DNA of 64,000 nucleotides from an uncultured Pelagibacteraceae bacterium (GTDB lineage Bacteria; Pseudomonadota; Alphaproteobacteria; Pelagibacterales; Pelagibacteraceae): assembly GCA_902567785.1 (NCBI GenBank), contig CACFOR010000004.1, positions 25,890-89,889 of the forward strand, written 5' to 3'. The notes below the pieces were generated by a model. The model did no database searches. It worked only from the letters and a program-made list of their open reading frames with translations, and was not told the origin of the DNA. The translations under genes were made by a program, and so were the position numbers. Shown here piece by piece: positions 9,801 to 19,908 of the stretch. Numbering within the stretch: position 1 is the first letter of the stretch; the number at the start of each line of letters is the position of its first letter.

Positions 9801-11351
9801 TTAATATCACCTCCCCCACACCATGATATTTATTCTATAGAAGATTTAGCACAGCTTATTTATGATCTTAAACAATCGAATCCAAAGGCAAGAGTTGGAG
9901 TAAAATTAGTAGCTTCCAGTGGAGTTGGGACTATTGCAGCCGGGGTAGCAAAGGCAAAAGCAGATGTTATTTTAATTTCAGGACATTCAGGAGGAACAGG
10001 TGCCAGTCCACAAACCAGTGTTAAATATGTTGGTGTACCTTGGGAAATGGGTCTTACTGAAGCAAATCAAATTTTAACTTTAAATAGTTTAAGACATCAA
10101 GTCACTCTAAGAACTGATGGAGGCATTAAAACTGGAAGAGATGTTGTAATGGCAGCCATGATGGGAGCGGAAGAATTTGGAATTGGAACCACATCTTTGG
10201 TAGCCATGGGCTGTATAATGGTAAGACAATGTCATTCAAATACTTGTCCCGTTGGCATATGTACTCAAGACGAAAGTTTAAGAAAAAAATTTACAGGAAC
10301 ACCAGAAAAAGTTGTAAATCTTTTTACTTTTATTGCAACAGAAGTTCGAGAAATTTTATCTGAATTGGGATTTAGAAATTTAAACGAAATTGTAGGAAGG
10401 ACAGATCTTTTAAAACAAGTAAGCAGAGGAACATCTGACTTAGATGATCTAGATTTGAGTCCTCTTTTAGTTCAAGCTGACCCAGGCCAAAATAATAGAT
10501 ATTGCTCGCCCGATTTAATAAATAAAGTCCCAGATACTTTAGATGAAAAAATTTATAAAACTATAGAAAGTTATATTGGTAAAAAAAGTAATAAAATTCC
10601 AAGTTTTGAAATTAAAAATACTCATAGAGCAGTGGGAACAAAGTTATCACACTATATTTATAACAAATATAAAAAAAATAATAATGAAAAGAATCTTCTC
10701 GAAATTAATTTATTTGGGTCGGCCGGCCAATCTCTAGGAGCTTTTGGAATTAAAGGTTTAAAAATAAATTTAACAGGAGATGCTAATGATTATGTAGGAA
10801 AAGGACTTTCGGGAGCAACAATAGTTATCAAGCCACCTTTTGAAAGTGGTTTAGTTACAAATGAAAATACAATTATAGGTAATACAGTTCTTTATGGAGC
10901 TACATCAGGCAAATTGCTTGCAGCAGGACAGTCTGGCGAAAGATTTGCAGTGAGAAATTCTGGAGCTGAAGCAGTCGTAGAAGGCTGTGACTCAAATGGT
11001 TGTGAATATATGACTGGAGGTATTGTAGTAATACTAGGAAAAATTGGAGATAATTTTGCAGCAGGTATGACGGGTGGTATGGCATTTGTTTATGATAAAA
11101 AAAATGAATTTGAAAATTATGTAAATTCTAACTCAGTAATTTGGCAAATACCCGAAACTGATTACTGGAAAGCTTGTTTAAAAAATTTAATTAAAGAACA
11201 TTTAAAAGAAACGCAGTCCCAAATAGCTAAAAGCATAATAGATAATTTTGATAGTGAACTAAAAAATTTTAAACAAATTTGTCCAAAAGAAATGCTTAAT
11301 AAATTATCAAATCCTATATCTTTAAAAAGAAAATTTTCTCAGGCTATTTAA
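6852..11351 (+). CDS. gltB: Glutamate synthase large subunit
   Basis: 1499 aa with an Ntn amidotransferase N-terminus (CGVGFIA), an FMN/Fe-S central domain and a C-terminal GXGXG beta-helix domain. Confidence 0.95.
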   Translation: MELYKKNLKKLIQGKVYDPSFEHDACGVGFIASTEGKKSRKVVEFGIQALKAVWHRGAVDADGKTGDGAGIHVEIPKDFFIERIENAGRKHKEGIICVGMIFLPRNDYASQEKCKTIVENELLSKNYYIYRWRQVPVNTKVLGIKAESNRPEIVQIIFKSNNKSLKSDELERELFVVRKKIEKQSNLQKIKDFYIASFSSRSIIYKGMFLAEALSEFYPDLLDERFISRFAIFHQRYSTNTFPSWDLAQPFRTLAHNGEINTIKGNINWMKIHEKDMNSKLFEEIESLKPVIGLGNSDSAALDNVFELLVRSGKSVPLAKLMLIPDAWSKRRKTVSKAHQQLFNFLNSTIEPWDGPAAIAATDGKWIIAAQDRNGLRPLRYTITSDKLLFAGSETGMISFPNEKIIFKGRLGPGQAIAIDFEKGQVHDSKSLKNKISKDYKKYNKQIIDLDKKFNITKEKFIFRGEELRRRQFLAGMNVEDMELILHPMVEDIKEAVGSMGDDTPAAVLSDKYRPFAHFFRQNFSQVTNPPIDSLRENEVMSLKTRFGNTGNILDFENLTEENIYVLDSPVLSNSQFEKFFEFFKRNTKILDCTFNIKDGLKKRLEDLRLEAETSVREGGKHLILSDKGTDEKKAPIPMALAIGAINSRLVNMGIRGFASINVQTSEVLDTHSFAVLLGVGATTVNPYIAFDSIYQRYEKKLFGKLSFKECVERYVKSVDNGLLKIMSKMGISVLSAYRGGCNFEAVGLSRSVVAEYFPGMISRISGIGIIGIEKKIKKLHQKAFEKNISILPIGGIYKYRKNGETHQYQGNLIHTLQSAVSSNSYEVYKKYAEGIYNLPIINLRDLLEFKKLNKSVSLEEVESIESIRKRFGSGSMSHGALSSEAHETLAIGMNRMGAASCSGEGGEDQKRFIRKENGDSSNSKIKQIASARFGVTIEYLNNCKEIEIKIAQGAKPGEGGQLPGFKVSKEIAKLRHSTPGVTLISPPPHHDIYSIEDLAQLIYDLKQSNPKARVGVKLVASSGVGTIAAGVAKAKADVILISGHSGGTGASPQTSVKYVGVPWEMGLTEANQILTLNSLRHQVTLRTDGGIKTGRDVVMAAMMGAEEFGIGTTSLVAMGCIMVRQCHSNTCPVGICTQDESLRKKFTGTPEKVVNLFTFIATEVREILSELGFRNLNEIVGRTDLLKQVSRGTSDLDDLDLSPLLVQADPGQNNRYCSPDLINKVPDTLDEKIYKTIESYIGKKSNKIPSFEIKNTHRAVGTKLSHYIYNKYKKNNNEKNLLEINLFGSAGQSLGAFGIKGLKINLTGDANDYVGKGLSGATIVIKPPFESGLVTNENTIIGNTVLYGATSGKLLAAGQSGERFAVRNSGAEAVVEGCDSNGCEYMTGGIVVILGKIGDNFAAGMTGGMAFVYDKKNEFENYVNSNSVIWQIPETDYWKACLKNLIKEHLKETQSQIAKSIIDNFDSELKNFKQICPKEMLNKLSNPISLKRKFSQAI

Positions 11352-12117
11352 TGTCAGGAATTTTTTTTACAATATGATTTAACTCAGAACAAATTTTTTT
11401 TAAATCATTTGTTTTTGATAAACTGTGTTGACCATTATTAATTATAATTAATTTTTTTTCAGATTTTTTACAAAAAATAAGAATTTTTTTTGAATATTTT
11501 AAAGGAACTACATCATCTTTATTACCATGAAATAGTGTTATAGGAATTTTTAAATTAATTTTATTATTTAAAACTTTATTTTTTCTTCCATCAAAAATTA
11601 ATTGTTTAGTAATTGGATAGTTATATTCTCCATGCTGAACATTATAAATTTTTTTAGCCATTATAATCCTTTTTATTTTTTTACTAAACTTCTTCCACAT
11701 TAAATTTTCAAGAAATTCAGGAGCAGAGCCAATTCCAATAAAACCTTTTATTTTTTTATTAAAAAATGAAAATAAATTTAATCCTATCCAGCTACCCATA
11801 CTTGAGCCAATAAAAATTAATTTTTTACTTTTTTTTAATTTAATACTAATTATCTCTCTGGCTTCGCTCGTCCATTTGGATATATTTCCTTTAGTAAACT
11901 CTCCGGTTGATTTTCCATGTCCTGAATATTCAAATTTAAGAAAATTTAAACCTTTTTTATTGCAAAATCTTTGGATTGCCTGGGGTTTTTTTCCAACCAT
12001 ATCAGACATAAATCCGTGAAAAAAAACTACTGTTATTTCACTATCTTTTTTAATATGTAGATATTTAATTTTATTACCACTACGTGTTGTAAAATATTTA
12101 GATCTTTTGTAACTCAT
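11344..12117 (-). CDS. Alpha/beta-fold hydrolase
   Basis: 257 aa with an HGFMSD oxyanion region, a GSSMGSW nucleophile elbow and a late GQHS histidine. It converges on the gltB end with an 8-nt overlap. Confidence 0.7.
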   Translation of the reverse strand: MSYKRSKYFTTRSGNKIKYLHIKKDSEITVVFFHGFMSDMVGKKPQAIQRFCNKKGLNFLKFEYSGHGKSTGEFTKGNISKWTSEAREIISIKLKKSKKLIFIGSSMGSWIGLNLFSFFNKKIKGFIGIGSAPEFLENLMWKKFSKKIKRIIMAKKIYNVQHGEYNYPITKQLIFDGRKNKVLNNKINLKIPITLFHGNKDDVVPLKYSKKILIFCKKSEKKLIIINNGQHSLSKTNDLKKICSELNHIVKKIPDIK

Positions 12118-12143
12118 TTAACATATTATAATATTTCAAAAAG

Positions 12144-13310
12144 ATGAAAAAAAAAATCAAAGTTTTACAAGTCATACCCAGCCTAGGTTATGGTGGAGCA
12201 GAAACAGGATGTTATGATTTAGCACATTTTTTACCAGAACAAGGTTGGAAATCTTATATAGCTACTAGTGGAGGCGATCTTCTTAAATATGTTGATAAAA
12301 AAAAAGTGAAAATATTTAAATTACCTGTTCATTCAAAAAACCCGATATTAATTTTGCTTAATACAATAATACTTCTTTTTATAATAATTTTTTATAATAT
12401 CAACATTGTTCACGCTAGAAGCCGAGCTCCAGCTTGGTCTTGCTATTTTGCAACAAAGCTTAGCTTTAGAAAATTTGTTACAACTTTTCATGGAACATAT
12501 AATTTTAATAATAAAATTAAAAAATTTTATAACTCAATTATGGTTAGATCAGATCTAGTTATTGCAGGTTCTAATTTTATTTTTTCTCATATTAATGAAA
12601 ATTACGGAAAATTTTTTTTAAAATCTAAAAGAAAACTTTTAGTAATATTTAGAGGTATTAATACCAATTACTTTAATCCTCAAAAAATTTTACCGATGAA
12701 ATTGGATAAATTTTCTAAACAAAATAATATAGATAGAAATAAGTTTATTATTTTATTACCAGGAAGATTAACACACTGGAAAGGCCAAAAAATATTTATT
12801 GAAGCTATTAAATTAATTTCAGAAAAAAGTGATATCCCTTCTTTTGAAGCTATTATTTTAGGAAGTGACCAAGGTAGAAATGTTTACAGAAAACAACTTC
12901 TTGTTTTGGTTCAGCAATATAGATTGGGTAAAGTTATTAAATTTATTGACAAGTGTGAAGAGATGCCACTTGCTTATGGAATTTCAAATTTAGTATGTTC
13001 ATGTTCTTCTGAACCTGAAGCTTTTGGAAGAGTTTCTGTCGAAGCTCAATCAATGCAATTGCCAATTATTGCTAGCGATATAGGAGGTTCAAAAGAAACT
13101 ATAAAAAATGAAAAAACTGGATATTTATTTAAGAATAAAGATCCAAAAAATTTAGCGGATTTAATAGTTATGGTGATGCAAAAAGACTATAATTCACTAA
13201 AAACTGTTGGCTTTGAAGGTAGAAAAAATGTATTAAAAAGGTTTGATGTTGATAAAATGTGTCAGACTACCTTTACTGAATATAAAAAATTGATAGAGTT
13301 ATTTCAATAA
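12144..13310 (+). CDS. Glycosyltransferase, GT4 (GT-B fold) family
   Basis: 388 aa with GGAE near the N-terminus and a C-terminal EPEAFGRVSVEAQSMQLPIIASDIGG motif (the E-x7-E type). Confidence 0.75.
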   Translation: MKKKIKVLQVIPSLGYGGAETGCYDLAHFLPEQGWKSYIATSGGDLLKYVDKKKVKIFKLPVHSKNPILILLNTIILLFIIIFYNINIVHARSRAPAWSCYFATKLSFRKFVTTFHGTYNFNNKIKKFYNSIMVRSDLVIAGSNFIFSHINENYGKFFLKSKRKLLVIFRGINTNYFNPQKILPMKLDKFSKQNNIDRNKFIILLPGRLTHWKGQKIFIEAIKLISEKSDIPSFEAIILGSDQGRNVYRKQLLVLVQQYRLGKVIKFIDKCEEMPLAYGISNLVCSCSSEPEAFGRVSVEAQSMQLPIIASDIGGSKETIKNEKTGYLFKNKDPKNLADLIVMVMQKDYNSLKTVGFEGRKNVLKRFDVDKMCQTTFTEYKKLIELFQ

Positions 13311-15227
13311 ATGCCAGATATAAAATTGTCAGATGGTAAAAAGATTCCATTTTCAAAAAAAATTGATGGTTTTGAAATAGCAAAAAAAATTAGTAAAACT
13401 TTAGAAAAAACTGCATTAATAATGGAAGTTGATGGAGAATTAAAAGATTTAAGTTATCAAATTAAAAAAAATGCTAAAGTAAAAATTATTACATCTAAGG
13501 ATGAGCAAGGGTTAGATGCGATGAGACATGACGCTACGCATGTCATGGCAATGGCAGTTCAAGAATTATTTCCCGGTACTAAAATAGCTATTGGCCCAGC
13601 AATTAAAGATGGTTTTTATTATGATTTTTCTAGAAAAGAACCTTTTACTCCTCAAGATCTAGAAAAAATTGAAAAAAAAATGAAAAAAATTGTTGAGAAA
13701 GATGAACCTACAAAAAGAGAAGTTTGGGAAAGAAAAAAAGCAAAAGATCATTACAAAAAGATTGGGGAAAATTATAAAGTCGAGCTTGTTGATAGCATAC
13801 CTCAGGATCAAGAGGTTTCTATATATTACCATGGAAAGTGGTACGACCTTTGTAGGGGACCGCATCTATCATCAACTGGGAAAATTGGTAAATATTTTAA
13901 ACTCACAAAGGTATCCGGAGCCTATTGGAGGGGTGATTCAAATAATGAAATGCTTCAAAGAATTTATGGAACATCCTGGCCATCACAAAAGGAACTTGAT
14001 GAATATTTAAAACGTCTTGAAGAAGCGGAAAAAAGAGATCATAGAAAACTTGGTAAAGAAATGGATTTATTCCATTTTCGAGAAGAAAGTCCCGGTGCAG
14101 TATTCTGGCACCACAAAGGATGGGCTTTATTTCAATCTCTTGTAAATTATATGAGGCAAAAACAAAGAAAGTCTGGTTATAGGGAAATTAATACTCCAGA
14201 AATACTTGATAAAACTTTATGGGAACAATCAGGTCATTGGGAAAAATTTGGAGAAAACATGTTTACTTCTGAGACTCCAGATGAAAAAGTTTTTGCTATT
14301 AAACCAATGAATTGTCCAGGGGGGATACAAGTATTTAATCAGGGATTAAAAAGTTATAGAGATCTTCCTCTTAAGCTATCTGAATTTGGAAAAGTCCATA
14401 GGTATGAGCCCTCTGGTGCCTTACATGGTTTACTAAGAGTTAGAGCTTTTACACAAGATGATGCTCATATTTTTTGTACCGAAGATCAAATTACTGAAGA
14501 ATGTTTAAACGTTACAAATTTAATATTAGAAATTTATAAAGATCTTGGTTTTGAAAATGTTTTGCTACAATTTTCAGATAGACCAATAAAACGAGTAGGA
14601 GATGATAAAGTTTGGGACAAAGCAGAATCTGCATTATTAAAAGCAATAAAACATTCAAAACTAAAATATGAAATTAATAAAGGTGAAGGAGCTTTTTATG
14701 GTCCAAAAATAGATTTTGTTCTTCGCGACAGCATCGGAAGAGATTGGCAGTGTGGTACTTTGCAAGTAGATCTGAATCTTCCTGGGAGGCTCGGATCCAC
14801 GTATGTTGCTAGCGATGGTTCAAAAAAAGTTCCCGTAATGTTACACAGAGCATTGTTTGGTTCACTCGAAAGATTTATTGGAATACTATTAGAGCACTAT
14901 GCTGGAAAGTTGCCATTATGGCTGGCTCCTTTACAAGCAGTAGTTTTGCCAATTTCTTCAGAATTTGATAATTATGCAAAAAAAATATTTGAACAATTTG
15001 TGAAAGCAGGTATAAACACCGAAGTGGATTTAAAAAATCAAAAGATAAATTACAAAATTAGAGAACATTCATTGTCCAAGGTGCCTTTGCTATTAATTTG
15101 TGGAAAAAAAGAAGAGGATAAAAAAAGTATTACAATTAGAGAATTAGGATCCGAAAAACAAGAAACTCTTTCAATTAATGATGCAATAAAAAAAATATCT
15201 AAAAAAATTAATTTTCCTATAAACTAA
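13311..15227 (+). CDS. thrS: Threonyl-tRNA synthetase
   Basis: 638 aa with TGS, editing, class II core and anticodon-binding domains (e.g. HRKLGKEMDLFHF, FTQDDAHIFC). Confidence 0.95.
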   Translation: MPDIKLSDGKKIPFSKKIDGFEIAKKISKTLEKTALIMEVDGELKDLSYQIKKNAKVKIITSKDEQGLDAMRHDATHVMAMAVQELFPGTKIAIGPAIKDGFYYDFSRKEPFTPQDLEKIEKKMKKIVEKDEPTKREVWERKKAKDHYKKIGENYKVELVDSIPQDQEVSIYYHGKWYDLCRGPHLSSTGKIGKYFKLTKVSGAYWRGDSNNEMLQRIYGTSWPSQKELDEYLKRLEEAEKRDHRKLGKEMDLFHFREESPGAVFWHHKGWALFQSLVNYMRQKQRKSGYREINTPEILDKTLWEQSGHWEKFGENMFTSETPDEKVFAIKPMNCPGGIQVFNQGLKSYRDLPLKLSEFGKVHRYEPSGALHGLLRVRAFTQDDAHIFCTEDQITEECLNVTNLILEIYKDLGFENVLLQFSDRPIKRVGDDKVWDKAESALLKAIKHSKLKYEINKGEGAFYGPKIDFVLRDSIGRDWQCGTLQVDLNLPGRLGSTYVASDGSKKVPVMLHRALFGSLERFIGILLEHYAGKLPLWLAPLQAVVLPISSEFDNYAKKIFEQFVKAGINTEVDLKNQKINYKIREHSLSKVPLLLICGKKEEDKKSITIRELGSEKQETLSINDAIKKISKKINFPIN

Positions 15228-15773
15228 GTGCCTTTTCCTAAACAAAATTATTTTCAAAAAAGGACAAAACCGAAAGGTCCTAGAACGAATGAAAGAATTC
15301 GTGCTCAAGAAGTTCAGGTAATAAGTAGCGAAGGAAAAAATTTAGGAACCTTTAATACACATGAAGCTATTAATATGGCAAGAGAGGAAGGACTAGATTT
15401 AATAGAGATTTCACCAAATGCCAATCCTCCCGTTTGTAAAATTATTGATATTGGTAAGTATAAATATGATATGCAAAAAAAAGCAAATAAAGCAAAAAGA
15501 AAACAAAAAATTATTAATTTAAAAGAAATAAAACTTAGGCCTGTTACCGAAATTCACGACTATAATTTTAAAATTAAAAATGCACAAAGATTTTTAGAGA
15601 AAGGAGATAAAGTTAAGTTTACAGTTTTATTTAAAGGAAGAGAAATGCAGCATACTCATTTAGGGCACGATTTAATGAAGAGAATTATTAATGATACCGC
15701 CAAACTTGGTAAAATTGAGGTGGAACCTAAATTTGAAGGAAAGCAGATCATTATGATAATTCAACCACTATAA
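15228..15773 (+). CDS. infC: Translation initiation factor IF-3
   Basis: 181 aa with an IRAQEVQVISSEG N-domain. The only upstream in-frame start is a GTG directly after the thrS stop. It sits in the thrS-infC-rpmI-rplT synteny. Confidence 0.9.
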   Translation: MPFPKQNYFQKRTKPKGPRTNERIRAQEVQVISSEGKNLGTFNTHEAINMAREEGLDLIEISPNANPPVCKIIDIGKYKYDMQKKANKAKRKQKIINLKEIKLRPVTEIHDYNFKIKNAQRFLEKGDKVKFTVLFKGREMQHTHLGHDLMKRIINDTAKLGKIEVEPKFEGKQIIMIIQPL

Positions 15774-15820
15774 TCCTGTTGTAAATCAAATATAAAATTT
15801 GTATAAACTGCCTTAACTTT

Positions 15821-16027
15821 ATGCCTAAATTAAAAACTAAAAGTTCAGCGAAAAAAAGATTTAGATTAACTGCAAGAGGTAAAGTAAAAATGCCACAAGC
15901 AGGCAAAAGGCACGGTATGATAAAAAGAACAAATTCTCAAATAAGAAAACAAAGAGGCACTACTATAATGTCCAAGCAAGATTCAAAAATTGTAAAGTCT
16001 TATATGCCTTATAGTTTAAGAGGTTAA
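15821..16027 (+). CDS. rpmI: 50S ribosomal protein L35
   Basis: 68 aa starting [14 protein letters not shown]. Confidence 0.9.
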   Translation: MPKLKTKSSAKKRFRLTARGKVKMPQAGKRHGMIKRTNSQIRKQRGTTIMSKQDSKIVKSYMPYSLRG

Positions 16028-16028
16028 T

Positions 16029-16385
16029 ATGGCAAGAGTAAAAAGAGGAGTAACAGGTCACGCTCGACATAAAAAGGTTTTAAAGCAAGTCAAAGGTCAG
16101 TACGGAAGAAGAAAAAATACAATTCGCGTAGCAAAGCAGGCTTTGGAAAAAGCAATGCAATATGCTTATAGAGATCGTAGAGCAAAAAAGAGAGAATTTA
16201 GATCATTATGGATTCAAAGAATAAATGCAGGAGTTAGAGCTGAAGGAATTACATATTCAAAATTTATTAATGGTCTTAATAAGTCTGGAATTAAGCTAGA
16301 TAGAAAAGTTTTAGCAGATATTGCATATAATAACCCAGAAGTATTCAAATCTATTGTAAAAAAAGTACAATCCTCCCTTAACTAA
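16029..16385 (+). CDS. rplT: 50S ribosomal protein L20
   Basis: 118 aa starting [19 protein letters not shown]. Confidence 0.95.
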   Translation: MARVKRGVTGHARHKKVLKQVKGQYGRRKNTIRVAKQALEKAMQYAYRDRRAKKREFRSLWIQRINAGVRAEGITYSKFINGLNKSGIKLDRKVLADIAYNNPEVFKSIVKKVQSSLN

Positions 16386-16441
16386 TAAGGGTATTTCTAT
16401 TATCGTCATCAAAAGAGAGAATCAATAAAGAAAACTTTGAT

Positions 16442-17509
16442 ATGGAAAATTTTAGTCAAATAGAGTCAGATATTTTAAGTAAAATAAAAAATATAAATGA
16501 TCGTAAATCTTACGAATCAATCAAAACAGAAATTTTTGGTAAAAAGGGAATTATTACTGAGCTTTTTAAAAAAATAGGAAGTTTAGATCAGTCACAAAGA
16601 AAAGATTTTGCTTCAAAATTAAATTCTTTAAAAACGAAAGCAACAGAATTGCTCGAAAATAAACTTGAGAATTTTGATCAATCAGAAATAAATAAAAAAC
16701 TTAAAAACGAAAAAATAGACGTAACTTTACCTGGCAGAACTTATTTTACAGGTAAAATTCATCCAGTTTCACAAGTTATAGACGAAGTCACTTCTATATT
16801 TTCTGAAATTGGATTTTCAGTGGAGGAAGGTCCTGACGTTGAAAACGAGTATTATAATTTTTCTGCACTTAACACCCCTGAAAATCATCCGGCACGGGAT
16901 ATGCATGACACTTTTTATCTTAGTAACTCTAAAGATTTACTTTTAAGAACACATACATCGCCAGTACAAATTAGAACAATGTTAAAGAGCAAACCACCTT
17001 TTAAAATAATTGCTCCTGGAAGAACTTATAGACACGATAGCGATCAAACACATTCACCAATGTTTCATCAATTAGAAGGTTTGCATATTGATAAAAATAT
17101 TAATATGGGTCACCTTAAAGGTTGCTTGTATTATTTTGTTAAAAAATTTTTTGAAGTTGAAAAAGTCAAAATAAGGTTTAGACCAAGCCATTTTCCTTTT
17201 ACCGAACCTTCGGCAGAGGTCGATATTGGATACAAAATTCAAGATGGAAAAATTAAGATTGGCGAAGGTGACAAATGGTTAGAAATACTTGGTTGCGGAA
17301 TGGTACACCCCCAAGTTTTGAAAAATGTAAAAGTTAATCCAAAACAATATCAAGGATATGCTTTTGGCGTAGGAATAGATCGATTAGCTATGTTGAAATA
17401 TGGAATAAATGATCTCAGAGCTTTTTTTGAAAGCGATATTAGATGGTTAGAATTTTACGGATTTGATCCACTTGACGTACCTACAAATTACAGAGGTTTA
17501 AGCAGATGA
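16442..17509 (+). CDS. pheS: Phenylalanyl-tRNA synthetase alpha subunit
   Basis: 355 aa with class II motifs ([34 protein letters not shown]-like). Confidence 0.95.
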   Translation: MENFSQIESDILSKIKNINDRKSYESIKTEIFGKKGIITELFKKIGSLDQSQRKDFASKLNSLKTKATELLENKLENFDQSEINKKLKNEKIDVTLPGRTYFTGKIHPVSQVIDEVTSIFSEIGFSVEEGPDVENEYYNFSALNTPENHPARDMHDTFYLSNSKDLLLRTHTSPVQIRTMLKSKPPFKIIAPGRTYRHDSDQTHSPMFHQLEGLHIDKNINMGHLKGCLYYFVKKFFEVEKVKIRFRPSHFPFTEPSAEVDIGYKIQDGKIKIGEGDKWLEILGCGMVHPQVLKNVKVNPKQYQGYAFGVGIDRLAMLKYGINDLRAFFESDIRWLEFYGFDPLDVPTNYRGLSR

Positions 17510-19908
17510 TAACTTCTTTGTCATGGTTAAAAAATCATTTAGAAACGAAAGCAAACTTAAATCAAGTAGCAGAACGTTTGACAGAAATTGGACTAGAGGT
17601 AGAAAATATAAAATCATCAAATGAAAATTTAGATAACTTTATTGTTTGTAAAGTTGTGAAATCTCAAAAACATCCTAACGCAGACAAATTAAAGCTTTGT
17701 GATGTAGATATAGGATCGGGAGCATTAGTCAAAGTTGTATGTGGAGCTCAAAATGCTAGAGACGGCTTATTTGCGGTCTATGCACCTCCTGGAGCAGTTA
17801 TTCCAAAAACTAACATGAAATTAAAAATAGCAAAAATAAGAGGAATAGAATCTCATGGAATGCTTTGTTCAGGTTATGAACTTGATGAATCTTCAGACAA
17901 AGAAGGAATTATTGAATTAAATAAAAAAGAAAAAAATATTGGAGAAAAATATTTTAAAAATACTGGGGAAAAAACTATGGACATTGCTATTACTCCAAAT
18001 AGACCCGATTGTTTAGGAGTCAGAGGAATTGCTAGAGATTTGGCATCATCTGGTCTTGGACGTTTAAAAAAACAACCTCTTATCAAAATAAATCAAAAAT
18101 TTAAAAATCCAGTTAAGGTTTCAATAAGGAAAGAAAAAGGACAAGGATGTGCTATTTTTGGAAGCGTTTATATTAGAAATGTTCAAAACAAAGAGAGTCC
18201 TGATTGGTTAAAAAAAAGAATTATTTCTTTAGGTTTAAAACCAGTTTCAGCAATCGTAGATGCTACTAATTATGTAATGTTTGATTTAAACAGACCTTTG
18301 CACGCTTATGATGCTGATAAAATTAACCAAGAAATTATTGTTAGAAATTCAAAAAAAGGAGAGTCATTCGAAGCTCTAGATAATAAAAAATATACACTTG
18401 AAAATAACATGTGTGCAATAACTGATAAATCAGGCGTTTTAGGTCTTGGAGGAATTATTGGTGGAACCAGATCTGGTACGGAGATTTCTACAAAAAATAT
18501 TTTATTAGAATCTGCATATTTTTTTCCATCATCAACCAGAAAAACCTCAAAAATACTAAATATTGATACTGATGCAAAATTTAGGTTTGAAAGAGGGATA
18601 GATCCAGATTCTATAAAATTAGGTCTAGAACTTGGTATGTGCATGATATTGGATATGTGTGGTGGTGAAGCAAGTAAATTTTCAATAGTAGGTAAGTTAA
18701 AAGATGAAAGAAAAATGATTGATTTAGAACCAGAGAAATTTTCAAAAGTTATCGGATTTACAATTACTAGTGTAGAAATAAAGAAAATTTTAACGTCTCT
18801 AGGCTGTTCTCTGAAAACGAATGGAAAGAAAATGAAAGTTCTTCCACCGACTTGGAGACCAGATATTAAAGAAGATATAGACCTTATAGAAGAGTTAACA
18901 AGAATTAAAGGATACGATAAAGTACCTTTAATTAGTCCAGAAAAAGAAAATGTTAAAGATACATTAAATTATAGACAAAAACTTTTTCATTTTGCTCAAA
19001 GATCAGTTGCGTCAAAAGGCTATACAGAAGCAGTTACTTGGTCGTTTACAGATTCAAAAACAAATGTTCTATTTTCAGAATTAAAAAGTGAGATAAAATT
19101 ATCTAATCCTATTTCAACCGATTTAGATGTACTGAGGTCATCTCTTTATTCAAATTTAATTATTGGAGCTAAAAAAAATATTCATAGAAATTTTGAAGAT
19201 CTAATGTTATTTGAGATAGGGCCTGTTTTTAAAGGTAATAAGCCTGGGGAACAATTAACCATGATTGGTGCAATTAAAACTGGAAAATATTCAAGAAAAA
19301 ATTGGATTGAAAAAGAAAGAAATTTTGATGTCTTTGATATTAAAAACGATGCTTTGAGAACTTTAAACGAAATTGGCATTGATAGTTCAAAGATAACAGT
19401 AAGCAATAAATCAAAAAAATGGTACCACCCAGGAAGATCTGGCTTATTGTCATTGGGATCGGAAAGTGGTCTAGAATTGGCATACTTTGGAGAAATTCAT
19501 CCATCAATTATTAAAAAATTAGATCTAAAAGCAGATAATATTTTAGGTTTTGAAATTTTTTTAGAAAATGTACCTGAGTCTAGAAAAAAAATTAGAGAAG
19601 CAAAGCCCCAATTTGCTGTTTCTGATTATCAAAAAGTGATCAGAGATTTTGCTTTTGTTATTGATGAAAAATATAGTTCTGGAGAAATTATAAATTTTGT
19701 TAAAAAAATTGATAAGGATTTGATCAAAAATGTTAAAATTTTTGATGTTTATCAGGGAGAAAATATTACACCAGGTAAGAAATCTATTGCCTTTAGTGTA
19801 ACGTTGGAACCTAAAGATAAAACTTTAGAAGAAAAAGATATTGATGAAATAAGTAAAAAAATCATATCTACAGTTCAAGAAATAACGGGTGCCACTTTAA
19901 GAACCTAA
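17506..19908 (+). CDS. pheT: Phenylalanyl-tRNA synthetase beta subunit
   Basis: 800 aa with a tRNA-binding N-domain, B3/4, B5 and FDX-ACB domains. It overlaps pheS by 4 nt. Confidence 0.95.
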   Translation: MITSLSWLKNHLETKANLNQVAERLTEIGLEVENIKSSNENLDNFIVCKVVKSQKHPNADKLKLCDVDIGSGALVKVVCGAQNARDGLFAVYAPPGAVIPKTNMKLKIAKIRGIESHGMLCSGYELDESSDKEGIIELNKKEKNIGEKYFKNTGEKTMDIAITPNRPDCLGVRGIARDLASSGLGRLKKQPLIKINQKFKNPVKVSIRKEKGQGCAIFGSVYIRNVQNKESPDWLKKRIISLGLKPVSAIVDATNYVMFDLNRPLHAYDADKINQEIIVRNSKKGESFEALDNKKYTLENNMCAITDKSGVLGLGGIIGGTRSGTEISTKNILLESAYFFPSSTRKTSKILNIDTDAKFRFERGIDPDSIKLGLELGMCMILDMCGGEASKFSIVGKLKDERKMIDLEPEKFSKVIGFTITSVEIKKILTSLGCSLKTNGKKMKVLPPTWRPDIKEDIDLIEELTRIKGYDKVPLISPEKENVKDTLNYRQKLFHFAQRSVASKGYTEAVTWSFTDSKTNVLFSELKSEIKLSNPISTDLDVLRSSLYSNLIIGAKKNIHRNFEDLMLFEIGPVFKGNKPGEQLTMIGAIKTGKYSRKNWIEKERNFDVFDIKNDALRTLNEIGIDSSKITVSNKSKKWYHPGRSGLLSLGSESGLELAYFGEIHPSIIKKLDLKADNILGFEIFLENVPESRKKIREAKPQFAVSDYQKVIRDFAFVIDEKYSSGEIINFVKKIDKDLIKNVKIFDVYQGENITPGKKSIAFSVTLEPKDKTLEEKDIDEISKKIISTVQEITGATLRT

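Noticed and set aside
13690-14010. 106-aa plus-strand ORF and 68-aa minus-strand ORF inside thrS
   Set aside because: They are alternative-frame or antisense ORFs within a strongly conserved gene.
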